Origin: Chrysomallon squamiferum
Taxonomy: Eukaryota > Animalia > Mollusca
DNA: 64,000 nucleotides
NCBI GenBank assembly: GCA_012295275.1
Contig: CM022670.1
Coordinates: forward strand, 31,248,001 to 31,312,000
Direction of reading: 5' to 3'
Both the position numbers and the translations under genes were made by a program. Below the pieces are notes generated by a model. It saw only the letters and a list, made by a program, of their open reading frames with translations, did no database searches and was not told the origin of the DNA. Below are positions 51,649 through 64,000 of the stretch, in pieces (positions within the stretch are counted from its first letter, which is position 1; each line of letters begins with the position of its first letter).

Positions 51649-54600
51649 TTAATATTAGCTGTTTTATTTACTTGATTTTTTTAATTGTTCTAATTCTTTG
51701 TGTTCAAAAAGATTGTGCTCTTTCTTTATATGTCTGTCTATCATTTTGTCTCCAGCGTTTTCACATATGTATATATATGTAAATACACATACATAATACT
51801 TTCATTAATTTATACATTCATACATACATGAACACACACCATACACACACAAAGATAGAAACACAAATACTTTCATTGATTCAAACATCCATACATATAT
51901 AAAAATACACAAGTATACACACAAACATACAGATAATTTCAGATTCATACCTACAAACACACATACATACATACATATATACATACACTCAAACACATAC
52001 ATACATACATATATACATACACTCACACACATACATATATATATATGCATACACATATAGATACTTTTACATACATATTACATATATATATATATATACA
52101 TACTACATAAATACAAATAAATGCCTAAAATAAATAAACACCCACAAAGCTATTTTTTCACATCTATGTTTTTCTGCTCGATGTTTTTTTTTTATTAAAC
52201 AATGTTAAAACTCAAAATTAATGTTATGTTATATCATTTCACTGTAATCTACTCTTGACAGCATTAAATTATTTTTGATATGACTTTATTTTCTGTAAAG
52301 GACTAAAGTACGTTATTCTGAATCTACATCATTTGCACTCATTCAATATTTATTATAGCACTTTATATATCAAAATGTCAGCAAATGTTTTTATTGATAA
52401 GTCCTTTTTAAAAACATTGTGCTACGATATAAAAAGGAACAGTTTCATTAAAAAAAAAAAGCTCACATAATAAATATATAATTATGTATTTAGGTCTGAT
52501 TTGTTGAATATCATTTCTGAGATAATGACTGCATTACAACATTACTATTTCAGCATGCTCCTTTCTGCTTTATTGCATGCCTCAAGGGGGATATATCCAC
52601 TGGTCCGCGACTATCTCAGTAAACCATGCTGAAATTCTGTGTTTGATAGCACTCTCCAGAGACAACATGGTAAACAGGCATGCTAAAATGAATAAATGGT
52701 ATAAAATGTTCCACAGAGTGCTCATCTACAGATTGCAGAATCCAGGCGGGCAGGCTGTAGAAAACTGTGTATTACATTTGCATCTAACCAATGCCTCATT
52801 ACTGTAGATAATTTTGATAAAATCCCTGGAATAATAATTACTTTATGACATTTGATTATGAATAGTTATTAGATCTCAGTCATTTTACTCTAGGACAGTA
52901 ATGACATGAAAGTTAAAAATTCGATGACGAGTTACTCTTACACGTTAGCACTAAAGAATTTGTATATGCAGATAAGAAAATTATTACAGTTTAGAATGGG
53001 AAATACCCCGACGGGCCCGAGAATATTTGAAACTTAGTTGGGATTAAAACTGCATAGTAATGGCACAAAGAGATATTATTATTAAGGAAAACGGAGATTT
53101 CGCAGTTCTATCTTAAATCCATTAAATCGTTACGTATCCGTCCTCTGATGTGTCGCTCAAATAGTGTTATAGTTATCTGCACAAAATAAAAAACTAAATC
53201 TTAAGTGGTACGAGTTATCTATTAATAGCATAACCAGTTAGTTGTTCGTCTTCATTCTTTTTTCTTTTTTTGTTGCTGTTTCTGTTGCTGTTGACTAAGT
53301 AGATTATCATTTGTCATTACCAGTTATAGCTGCTTTTCTCAACATATACAATTGTGTTTTATTTTATAATAATGCGATTCAATGAAATAATTTGACACTG
53401 ATTTTAATTCATTTTTAAGTCCATCAGAGAACGCAGTCGTGAAAAATCTTATCCACATACATCATGTTTGCCTGTTAGAAAATTCAAATCCCCACAGAGA
53501 ATTAATTAATCGATAATTTCCAAAGCAAGTTTTATTACGTTAAAACATGTTTTTTTACTTGTTTGTCCTATTTCAGATCAGTAGCATGAACCTCGAAATA
53601 GTTAAGAAAACGAATGATATTTTTGTATAAATCAAAGATGCAAGATAATAAGTGTATAGGCCAGTCGCAAGAGAATTTTTAAGACGTTTGATGATTTTGT
53701 TGTCTGTCATATTGTTATTGGTTTAAGTGATATTTTCTTTCTTCTTCTTCTTCATTTTCTTCTTATTAAGTTATTTATTTATTTAATTATTGTTGTTATT
53801 GTTATTTATTTATTATTATTATTGAAATTATTATTATTTATGTCGTTGTTGTTCTTGTTGTTTAATCATTTGTGTGTACACTTTAACATTGGTATACGTA
53901 ATAATGAATAATGTCTTTGGTATTATATTTTAAATTCTATTATATTAGGCCGATCATTGGTATAAAAATATTACTGACTGCTTGTTAATGGCAGCAGACG
54001 GTAATCGACGTCGTTGCTTAGCTTTATGTACGTAGTTTTCGTTAGTGTTTTGATTCTGTGTGTTTAATTGTATTTAGGTATTGACTCAACCAATTTTCAC
54101 AAAAATTGCGCACTGGAGATGACAGTTACATTAAGTTTCATCGTTGTGATCTATTATTTTTTTTTTTTATTCATTTATTTATTAGTTTCTTTGACTCGTA
54201 ATGTTCTTCGAGTAGCACTGAACTTTCACCCATTCACTCAAAGAGTATCTTCTGCCCGTGGTCTCTGATCAATCGACGTTGTCATTTCAGTAAGTCTAAT
54301 AGAATTCCACAGAAATAATTCAATAAGAGGTTATACAAAACTGTTATAAACTCATTTCATTAATACCATACATTTTTACAACACAGATTAAAAACAAAGG
54401 AAAATCGATGTTTTAGCATATTAAGTTTTTTCAACTAAGACAGCCATATTAAAAATACCGTACCTACAAGACTTCATTGCTTCGACAGCCCAAAGAGGTC
54501 ACTGACCTCATGTGAACAATAAGAAAATATATAAATGAAACTATTTAAACGATGATATTTAAGAGTGAACGGTTTTCTTGATATATTTAAAATAAAATAT

Positions 54601-56611
54601 TAAATGTTACGCATTAATTTTTATTATGAACACTAGCATATATAATTATATATATATGTTTGTATGTTTGTATGTGTATATTATATGTTTGTGTGCATGG
54701 GTGTGTATGAATACTGGTCTGTGAATATATGAGTTTATAATTTGTTTATATAAAGTATATGTAAAAATACTGAATTCATAAACTGATTTAACAGATGACT
54801 GCAATTTGGTTGGTCGTATCAAAATGATTATACAGTGAAGCTATGCAGTATATCCAAAGTCAGTTCGGTGTGTAAAACAGAAATTTGACATTTCTTCAGA
54901 GCGTGAAGTGCTAATGTCTGCTGACATACCGTGTCTTTCGTATTCTTTAAATTATACATAGACCAACGGTGCGGAACCAGGAAATTCGTTAAGAAACGAA
55001 AACTACTTAGTCGTTCAAGCGCATTCGTCCCGGACTTTTACTTCCTTTAAGGACTAAACGCAGCAAATATCAATACACTTACGTGAAAACTAATTTCTGT
55101 GTACATTTGTTAGTATTTTAATACAGAATTATATAAAATATGCAAATTGGTTTAGTTTCATATTTGAATAGAAAACTCCTTGGTTCACGGTATTTTTGAT
55201 TTTTGTTTCGTACTGAGTAAAGGAAAAAGATATTGATTAATCACGGATCTCGGAAAGCATTGTAATCAATTTCCCGGTTCAGCTGGGTTTTTTAAAATTT
55301 ATTATTATAATTGTGCTACGTCAAAGAGTGAGCGAGAGAAAAACACTGTACCAGAGACAGAGAAAATGACTACCTATAACTATAGACGCGGACCGATCTG
55401 TAATTCATTATCTGAACAACTAGATGGATGGATGAGCAACTTAGTAACCACAATAGAGATATGTAGACAGACAGACAGTTACGTATACATATTTGTACAG
55501 ATAAGTAGGTAGAAAGACATATATATTTATATATATTTATTTAGATACAGTTTTGGACGCTTATTCGCAGACAGAAGATTGATTCCAGGATTTTCTCGTG
55601 ATCAGACTTGGTGTGCAAATGTGTTCTTGCTAGAAAATGCTAGCCAGCTGAAAACTATTGGGAAATTAATGGATGAAAGCACAAGCATCATCCGCTCTAC
55701 AGATCTCACACGTCCATGCAGTCGTCTAATGTGATTAGCTCGCTGAAACAGCGTGTGCCATGCAATATTTATTATGTTCAAATCAATAGACAGAAACCGG
55801 TCTGCAAAAATGTCCATTACTACTCAAGTCTTTATAAAAAGCTTCATAAAGTATACATATAGTTTCGATGTACATGTAAATCCTTGTAAGTAACAATGTA
55901 ACAAGATTTGTTTCTCGATTTTTGTGTTAAATTTTATTTAATATTAAACTGCAGAAATATAAAGGAAAACCCATATTGAAAGTTAAGAATAACATAAAAC
56001 AATATGATATTTCAAATATATTGCAGAACATAGTAAACTGTTTCTCTAATGAAAATACTTTTTCTCGAAAATGTCTTTCTTAATACTATACCAGACTATA
56101 TATTTAGCATTTAGCTTGAGAACCTTCTTTTTAATTACGTTTGAAATGTCTGCGATTGATTCAGTTTAAGAGAATAATGCAGACGGAATGCTAACACGTA
56201 CTAATTAAACTTAGAATGTACGGCCAGCTTTTCTGAAAGTTTTAAATTAACGGAAGGAAAATAACGGAATTACCTAACTCAGGTTTATTTGCTGATTTAC
56301 TAATGCTCAGTTACATGTAAAACCCCAAAGCTTAACAGGTTTTAGATAATCAAAAAAATTTAGTGTGTGACCTTAACCGTCAGTAGAAACAAACCCGTAA
56401 AAAAATAATTTTACATTGCAAATAATATTATAGACATTACATACCTACTTCCTTTTTAATTCTTATACCGTATAATTTTCTTAATATGTGTGCGTGCTTG
56501 CATGCTTACGCTCGGGCAAGTGAATATAGTGCTTTTGAACTACGTATAGGAGTTCTTAATTCTTAAGGCCGTTACAGGAATTCACACTAAGATTAATGAA
56601 CCTTAAGCCAA

Positions 56612-56673
<62 letters not shown>

Positions 56674-57227
56674 TGATGATAATAATAATAAAAAAATAAT
56701 AAAAATTATTTTCTTCTTTCTTTCTTTCTTTTTCATTTCATTTCATTTTACATTATTTTATTTTTTTATTTTTTATTTTATTTCATTCCCTTACTATTGA
56801 AAGCAGTTTCTTCCTAGAACGAGAAAGCAGAAATCTGCCATCTTTCTCTTTTTCTAAGCTATAAAGCGTGAAAACACTGTGGTTATCAAATGAAATATTC
56901 TATCAAGATAAATGTACTGACTTGACATGTCATATTCTGTCTTGATTTCATCTGAGAGGAATATTTCATTATTAGTAGTAGTAGTAGTCACCGTGCTGGG
57001 TTTGTTTGATGGAACAGATGTCGATCATCTTTCTTGAGACAACAAGTGAGGTAAAATATAATTAAAATAATTTGAAGGCAACTGGTATTTTGCCAAATCT
57101 GTATTTTTCTCCATTAATATTATGTTTTAAAACGATTATTATTATCACCACACATATACAGACACACACACACAGCCTAACTGAATGGTGTTATTTTTAC
57201 CTTCGCTGGACAATAACCACTTATTTA

Positions 57228-57347
<120 letters not shown>

Positions 57348-57464
57348 AATTTGGTATTTTTTAAAAACAGAATATCAGTTAATTTTAACTCTATCACTAT
57401 TTCAGGAAGACAATGGCAACAGGCTGAAGATCCTACAAGCCAAAAGGTTTTTCACCAACAAGTC

Positions 57465-58268
57465 ATGCCACCAACCGATTTCGGGATAGCATGTCCACCG
57501 ATAGTTGTAACTACTGAATCTTTCAACTCCACCGGATCCAGCGAAGACAAAGTCAGCAAAGACGATCTCAATGCTCTTCTTTATATAGTGGTGACGCTTT
57601 TGTTCTATTCTCTTGGCATTATCGTTGGTATTATCACGTATTTAAAAAGAGAAAAACAAGAAATAGAAGAGGATAAATGTTTTGACGAGTTTCTTCAGAT
57701 GAAACGCGATCCATTTAACTATCACAAGATGGAAAAGGTTCACTTAGTAGCAGTGAGGTTAAGGGAAATTGAAAAAATGAAGCAGGCTCGAGAGGAACGT
57801 ATCAAGAAGAAGTTACAAGAAGACGTCATTGCGGAAGAGGACTCCGAAAATGCTGCCGATGTTGAAGTGATAGATGACAATGTTCCACTAACGTCAGGAT
57901 CTCAATCCACAGTTTCTAGACCTAAGAGCTTAGACGATTTACACGATACTGAAGATATTATTAATAAACAACGAAAACAGATTACTAGACAACAAAGCGA
58001 TATTTTTCAGGTTACGCCGACTGGAGAACCTATTTCTTCTGTAGTGGCGAAAATATTTGACAAGGAAAGACGAGGAGCACTTCAAAGATCTCCGAAAATA
58101 TGTGACTCAGTCGATACTTTGAAAAGTGGCAGCAGTGAAAGTACTAATGTTATTAATGAAACGGATTCCTGTTCTGGAGTTAAAATAATTGAAACCAATG
58201 CGTCTGCTGGGAAGAGCAAAACGACGGCGGTACTACCTCTGGGACGATGTATTGTCACCAGTGTTTGA
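57465..58268 (+). CDS. Uncharacterised single-pass membrane protein (KCNE-like TM segment, PDZ-binding C-terminus), 267 aa from the first in-frame ATG
   Basis: Long non-repetitive, GC-richer open frame after the acceptor ttcag| (exon starts 57406). It has an N-terminal NST sequon, one TM segment ALLYIVVTLLFYSLGIIVGIITYL, a charged/coiled juxtamembrane region, a Ser/Thr-rich disordered tail and a C-terminal VTSV. Confidence 0.8.
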   Translation: MPPTDFGIACPPIVVTTESFNSTGSSEDKVSKDDLNALLYIVVTLLFYSLGIIVGIITYLKREKQEIEEDKCFDEFLQMKRDPFNYHKMEKVHLVAVRLREIEKMKQAREERIKKKLQEDVIAEEDSENAADVEVIDDNVPLTSGSQSTVSRPKSLDDLHDTEDIINKQRKQITRQQSDIFQVTPTGEPISSVVAKIFDKERRGALQRSPKICDSVDTLKSGSSESTNVINETDSCSGVKIIETNASAGKSKTTAVLPLGRCIVTSV

Positions 58269-59411
58269 TGTAAATCAGTCAGTCGGAACAAAAAATGATC
58301 CATTATCATTCACTTTTCTTTTTTCTTTATGATTTTTATCTTTTATTTTTTATTTATATATTTATTATTTTTTATTATTATTATTACTATTTCTTTAATT
58401 ATTATTAATAGTAATCTGATTTTTTGTTTGTTATTAATTTTTTTTATTTTTTTATATATATTGTCACATTATTATTATTAGTAGTAGTACGGCTATAGAA
58501 GTTTTCAAAATTACCCCACTGGCGCCATTTATAAGCATTTGAAAGAAAAGAAAAACAAAATAAAACGTAGCCTGGTACCGAACCTAATCAACACCTTATG
58601 CATTTACCAAGACTCAGCTAACAAATAGTATCTACATATAATTTCATTAATATTAAACATTCAAAATATACTTTAGAATTTATATTTAAAAGAAATTATT
58701 TATTGAACATTTAGTATCTATCTATTGCACAGCGAACCTTTTTAACTTTGTTATTTTATTTATTTGTTTTTTTATTTAGCTTTCATACAAATTCAGTGAA
58801 ATACCACTATGACTGGTGGAGAAGTTTCCTTGGGGGTGCTAGTCTTTTTTATATTTTTTATATTTTTTAATTTTAATTGTTCTGTTTCTTAATTAATTTA
58901 TATTATTAAATTAGAGGGTGATCTAAGTAATTTTATTCTTTATTTATTTGTTTTCTGTCTATATTATTTATATTTATTTAAATTATTATTTTTAAGGTCA
59001 CAATGGTCATACTATTATGGTATTTTGTACTGATGTTTTATTTATTTACTTACTTATTATTATTTATTTTTCTTTATTTTATTTAATATTTATTTATTTA
59101 TATACAAACTGGTCTTTATTTATTTACTTATGCAAAGATAATAACAGAAAAAAGTTTTGATTTTGGTTCAGAAAACTTGATTTATTAAATGTTAGTGACA
59201 AAATTGATATCGGAGAACTTCATGACATTAATGTTTTACTACTCTTCTTTTTCCACACAAATTTTAGCTCAGGTTTTTAACTAAGCACTGGAGATGTTGA
59301 TGTTTTTATCTTGAAACTCGTGTTTATTTAACAGTTCATATCTTTATTGTGATATGTTTTACTGATCTATGCAAAACAAATAATATGTTTTAATTCATGT
59401 TTTAATATATT

Positions 59412-59461
<50 letters not shown>

Positions 59462-61210
59462 TAAATATTTTATATTTTGGTAAGCTCTTATTATCGTGTT
59501 ATATGTATGTGGTCTTTTGGGCTGTTTTATTTTATTTTTTAGAGGTTTTGTATTTTTGTTTGTTTTGTTTGTTTTGTTTGTTGTTGTTGCTGTTGTTCTT
59601 TTTAATATTCGATACATATATATATATATATCATTATCATAACCACTGTAAATATATTTATGCAACGTACTGCGTTTAATACATAACAGTTGTATTCTGA
59701 ACAAGATTCATGTATAATGCAGGCTATTCGAGAAATGATTACACAGTAAAACTAAAATATAGGTGTTTTATATTATTAGGCTTCCTTGTTTTTTATTACT
59801 TGATACTTACTAATTGTCATTTGTTTCCCTGTCAGATGCCGAACAGTGAATGATCGCCGATCGCGATTGTCTACCCTAGATGATCGTTTATTGAATAGCC
59901 TGTTAAAAGTGCTTTTACTCCTCGAGTATGCATTACTATAGAATTTTGAAAACTCACTGTACTTAAAAACACAGTATTTTTCATATTATTTGCACCTATG
60001 AGTCTTATTTACAAATAAACTTATTTTATGAAAATAGTTTATGTTTTAGTATAAACACGAGAGAAAAAGAGTTGACCGTCGGAATTAGTATTACATGTAT
60101 TCTGATTATTACTGTTAACTTTTGCTCTCCTAAGGCGATAATTATTAAAATAATTTTTGAAAATTTGCTTAATTCTCTGAAAAATGCCATTCGGGCAATT
60201 TCCAATCCCGACCAGTGCCTAAGGATTGATTTACCAAAGACAGTACTTTGAAGTTTCCTGCCTTTGGCAAGGTGCATAAAAGATTCCTTGCTGATAATGA
60301 ATAAAAGAGTAACCCTTGCATGTGTGTATATGTGTGTGTTTTTATGTGTGCATTGGCATGTGTTCGCAAACGATTAATAATAATAATAATAATAACAACA
60401 ACAACAGTAATAATAATAACAACAATAACAACAAGATGTAGAAAAATCGGAGTATTAACAGCACACTTATTTAGATATAAATATTTAACCAGAATGAAAT
60501 ATGTCTGGCAATGACATGTTTTCTGTGGCATTATGTTAACGCCGACTTTTCCAGGGAATTTGTTTTATTAGATCATTCTTCAACTGAGTGCATCAGTATA
60601 ATGTCAAAACATCAACGATAACGAAATAAAAGATTCTGACACTTGATAAAATAAATACATTTGTTTTTGCGTAATTTTGAAACGTGAGTGCCACGACCTT
60701 CAGTTCGTATGTTCTGCCTCACTTAAACCTGACAATGGAGATGTTCAGCTTTAAAACAAAAATATCAGTAATCAATAATCGTTTTCAAATTAACTCATGT
60801 TCGTTATATCTTAAATTATTAATTCTGTTCGAGTCGGTTCTCTATGGTTCACATCAACAGAAATTCTGTTTCCATGTAGACACTAAGAACGTCAGAACCA
60901 TAATTATGTTATGCATTATACGCACTACAGTTTTACAAATAAGTTACTTGCTTGGCAAGACAGTTTCTTTTTAAATCATTCAATGAACTGTTTCTACGTC
61001 TGACCTACGAATTACACACGGTTATAGCTGGATACAAATGAACAAATATAATAATACTTTGTTTTCTTTTTATATTTACTTATAACATGAACATTTTTGC
61101 CTCTGATAACGATAATCAATCGAGAAAAGATTGTCTTCGAAATAATCATTGACCTCTTGCAAAGAAATCTTTCCACATCAGTGAGCACTACGTCTTTCAG
61201 ACTGAACACG

Positions 61211-61247
<37 letters not shown>

Positions 61248-63177
61248 GTAACTCGTTATCTTGATTATTTGTTTGTATATTTGTAATGATAACTTCAGGA
61301 TGAATTAGCAAGAATATATGGAAATTCTTCGTGTGCAGATCAAATATTGTACTTAAAGATATCTCTTTGTGTGGGTAGGTGTGAAAGAGAGAGAAGGGGA
61401 GGGAGAGAGAGGGGGGGTAAACAATTATTAAGGCCTTCGTCGTAATAACAACATACCAGTAGATAAGTTTTAGAAATAATTCTATCATCAAAGGTTTTTT
61501 AGTTGTGTATCCTATAGAAGTATAAATCTGTTAGATTGTTCCGGTCAAGTATTTAATTAATAATTTACTGTAATGATAAAATAGATGGTATTTTTTGTCC
61601 TGCATGACATTAGATAACAGTATGCAAGAAAGAATTCGCGTAATGCCTGTCTTTGATCCATGAGTAGGGAAAGATCGAATAATAATTATTATATTCATGT
61701 CGTTAATTATTATCAGTGTGTAATCATCTTTTATGTTTCAAATCGTTTGTTCTTAAAATGTTGACATCTTCTTCTTTTCTTTTTCTAAACAAAGCTCATT
61801 ACTTTTTCAGAAAGGTTTTTAAACAGAATTGTACGAGTATTGGTTAAATATTGGAAAATGCATGTTTCAGGCTACTGTTTTTCACTGAAAATATTTTATC
61901 TTAGTTCTTGGGATTCATGAGTGAAAAATTATCATAAATGCGTATTTAATGTTTGTTTTTTTCTGCATGGATAAGTGTGTGTGTTTTGGGGTGTGTGGAT
62001 GTGTGTGTATGTGCGTGTGTGTTGGAGAGACAGATGGAGAGAGAGAGAGTTTGCTTGTTCTAATTAACGAAATTTAATCTCTGGCCATTTAATACATTTT
62101 TCATGTTAAACCAAATCACGATATATTACGTTTAAATTCCATAACAAATTCACATGCGAATCATTTTGAAAAGTTCAATTACGTAAGATAAAAAAAATGA
62201 CAACCAAATATAAAATGTCAGATTCCAGGTGCATTCTTCTTCGTGTTTTTCTTTTTCTCCTTTAAAAAAAACAACAAAAAACTACAACTTTTATCGTAAT
62301 TATATGTTGTATGACAGAGCGTTGAATCTGCAGATCACGAAATGGAAGAAATGTATAATAAAAACTTTTTCTTTCATACAATGTTTTGATTTCTGAATTT
62401 TTCTTGGTTAATCAACAGAAAAACGAAAATCTTTTTCTGACTATTTTTTCTTATGCAGTCTGGTCGATTAACTTGATTTTAGTTCTCTAGAGAAAACTAT
62501 GTTATTTTTTTATTTGTTTTACATGTGTTCTTCGGAAAATAGGGATGGTAGTAGCTGATGTTTATTTTAAAATTCTCTAGATCTTTTTATTAGATGAACT
62601 GATTACTTTTGTGTGTTATTTATAATTTTTATTTCATTATACTTCTTATGGATTAATCTTTAATCAGTTAGAACTGGTGACTGGTAATTTATTTGTTACC
62701 GACTTTTGTCGGTGGTGGACTTCTTGTTGTTGTTGTTTTACCGCTTCAATAAATTATGTTTGTACGTTACTTCCACTTTTAACCCTGGAAGATCACTTCA
62801 ATAAATCTAAAAAACGTTATCGATCAATAGTTTAATCCAAAGAATAGGTTATCACAATTGATTTACGAATTAGATTCGTGCTAGTACACCGTTTTTCATA
62901 TTTCTGTCAATATTGATGAAAAGGAGCAGTTAAGAAATTTATTGCCTTGGGCATGTAACACTCAGCAGAAATAATGACATTTCCGGTTCCAGAACTACGT
63001 GCCGGGTTCATTTCCTCTTGGAAAACAGGCAGACGACTCTGGGATGGGTAAAATTAAATGAACTGAAATCTCTTTATGGGGTGAAAGGGAACAGAACAGA
63101 CTGGAGAAATGTTAGTCATCGTTATGTTTATTACTTCGGAACAAACTGCAGTGTAATTATTTAAAAACAACAACAAC

Positions 63178-63213
<36 letters not shown>

Positions 63214-63318
63214 GTATATTAATATCTGTCACTGTTATGTTTGTTGTCTCAAAACCAGCCGCAGTGTAATGTATTTACATAATGATTATGATTTTGCAAT
63301 TGTATTTTATTTAATTTA

Positions 63319-63352
<34 letters not shown>

Positions 63353-64000
63353 TTATTCGATTCGATATTATTTTTAAATAATATTAATAATAATATTATT
63401 AACATGTCATTAACAACAACAGTAATAAAAAAAATAACAGTTACAATAACATCAAAGCAACAACAATTACAACAACAAAAAACAGCCTTCAAAATAACAA
63501 TAACATATAAATAATGCTACCAAGCCAAAATAATAATAATAAAAAAGAACAGTAACAGCAAGAACTAAAATAATAACATCATCAATAACAATAACAAAAA
63601 ACCCAGAAACATCGTAACAAACGAAGACAAAAAATAAATTAATTAATAAATAAATACATAAATAAAAATAACATAATAATAACAAAAACCTCTATCACCA
63701 CAACAGCATCAGTAGTCTACAACAAAAATGAAGAAAAATCAATATTCAATAACGAATAGTAATTTTTGGCTTCACTTATAATGAATATAGAATATGATTT
63801 AAATATTTTCTGATATTTTATATATAAATATATCTTGTATAAAATCCTCTATCCACAAAAATAATAAAACAAATTATTTATAAACGAAGAATTAAAACGA
63901 ACAACAAAACAAAAACGGCCAAAAAAACGACAAAAAACAAGAACAATAAATGTCAGGACATCTTATTGTCTGTTTAATTTTGTACGAAAACTGAACGAAA

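Noticed and set aside
57009-57050. Small ATG-containing exon candidate (MEQMSIIFLETTSE|gtaaaa) as the N-terminus of the membrane protein
   Set aside because: Its phase-0 donor is out of frame with the phase-1 acceptor at 57406.
57351-57405. TTG start of the 305-aa ORF in the track
   Set aside because: It is intronic sequence upstream of a clear branch/acceptor, and TTG starts are not expected in this eukaryotic context.

Overview
This is AT-rich, microsatellite-dense eukaryotic (metazoan) genomic DNA. It is probably a mollusc or another lophotrochozoan, inferred from composition and repeat types only. Most ORFs in the supplied track are simple-repeat artefacts. Splice sites read by eye give these genes: an intronless divergent class A GPCR (3605-4570, -); USP14 with 18 coding exons (21648 to 8542, -, 487 aa), containing a U12-type minor intron; RAB23, head-to-head with USP14 (24033-33764, +, 234 aa), whose last intron needs a GC donor; BAG2, convergent with RAB23 as in human (38795 to 37147, -); NDUFS5 (40890 to 40116, -); and an uncharacterised single-pass membrane protein with a KCNE-like transmembrane segment and a PDZ-binding tail (57465-58268, +). 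Introns and intergenic DNA carry many transposon relics. These are three Tigger-derived elements, a pogo/Tc2-type MITE, a Sola2-like element with ~390-bp TIRs plus a 61-bp mini-derivative, a KRBA2/SCAND3-type integrase relic with a nested LINE, a hAT MITE, and an unclassified TIR element with a decayed unknown ORF. The most notable leads are the KCNE-like protein, the 3.4-kb inverted-repeat-bounded segment upstream of it, the unclassified TIR element, and the conserved RAB23-BAG2 pairing.
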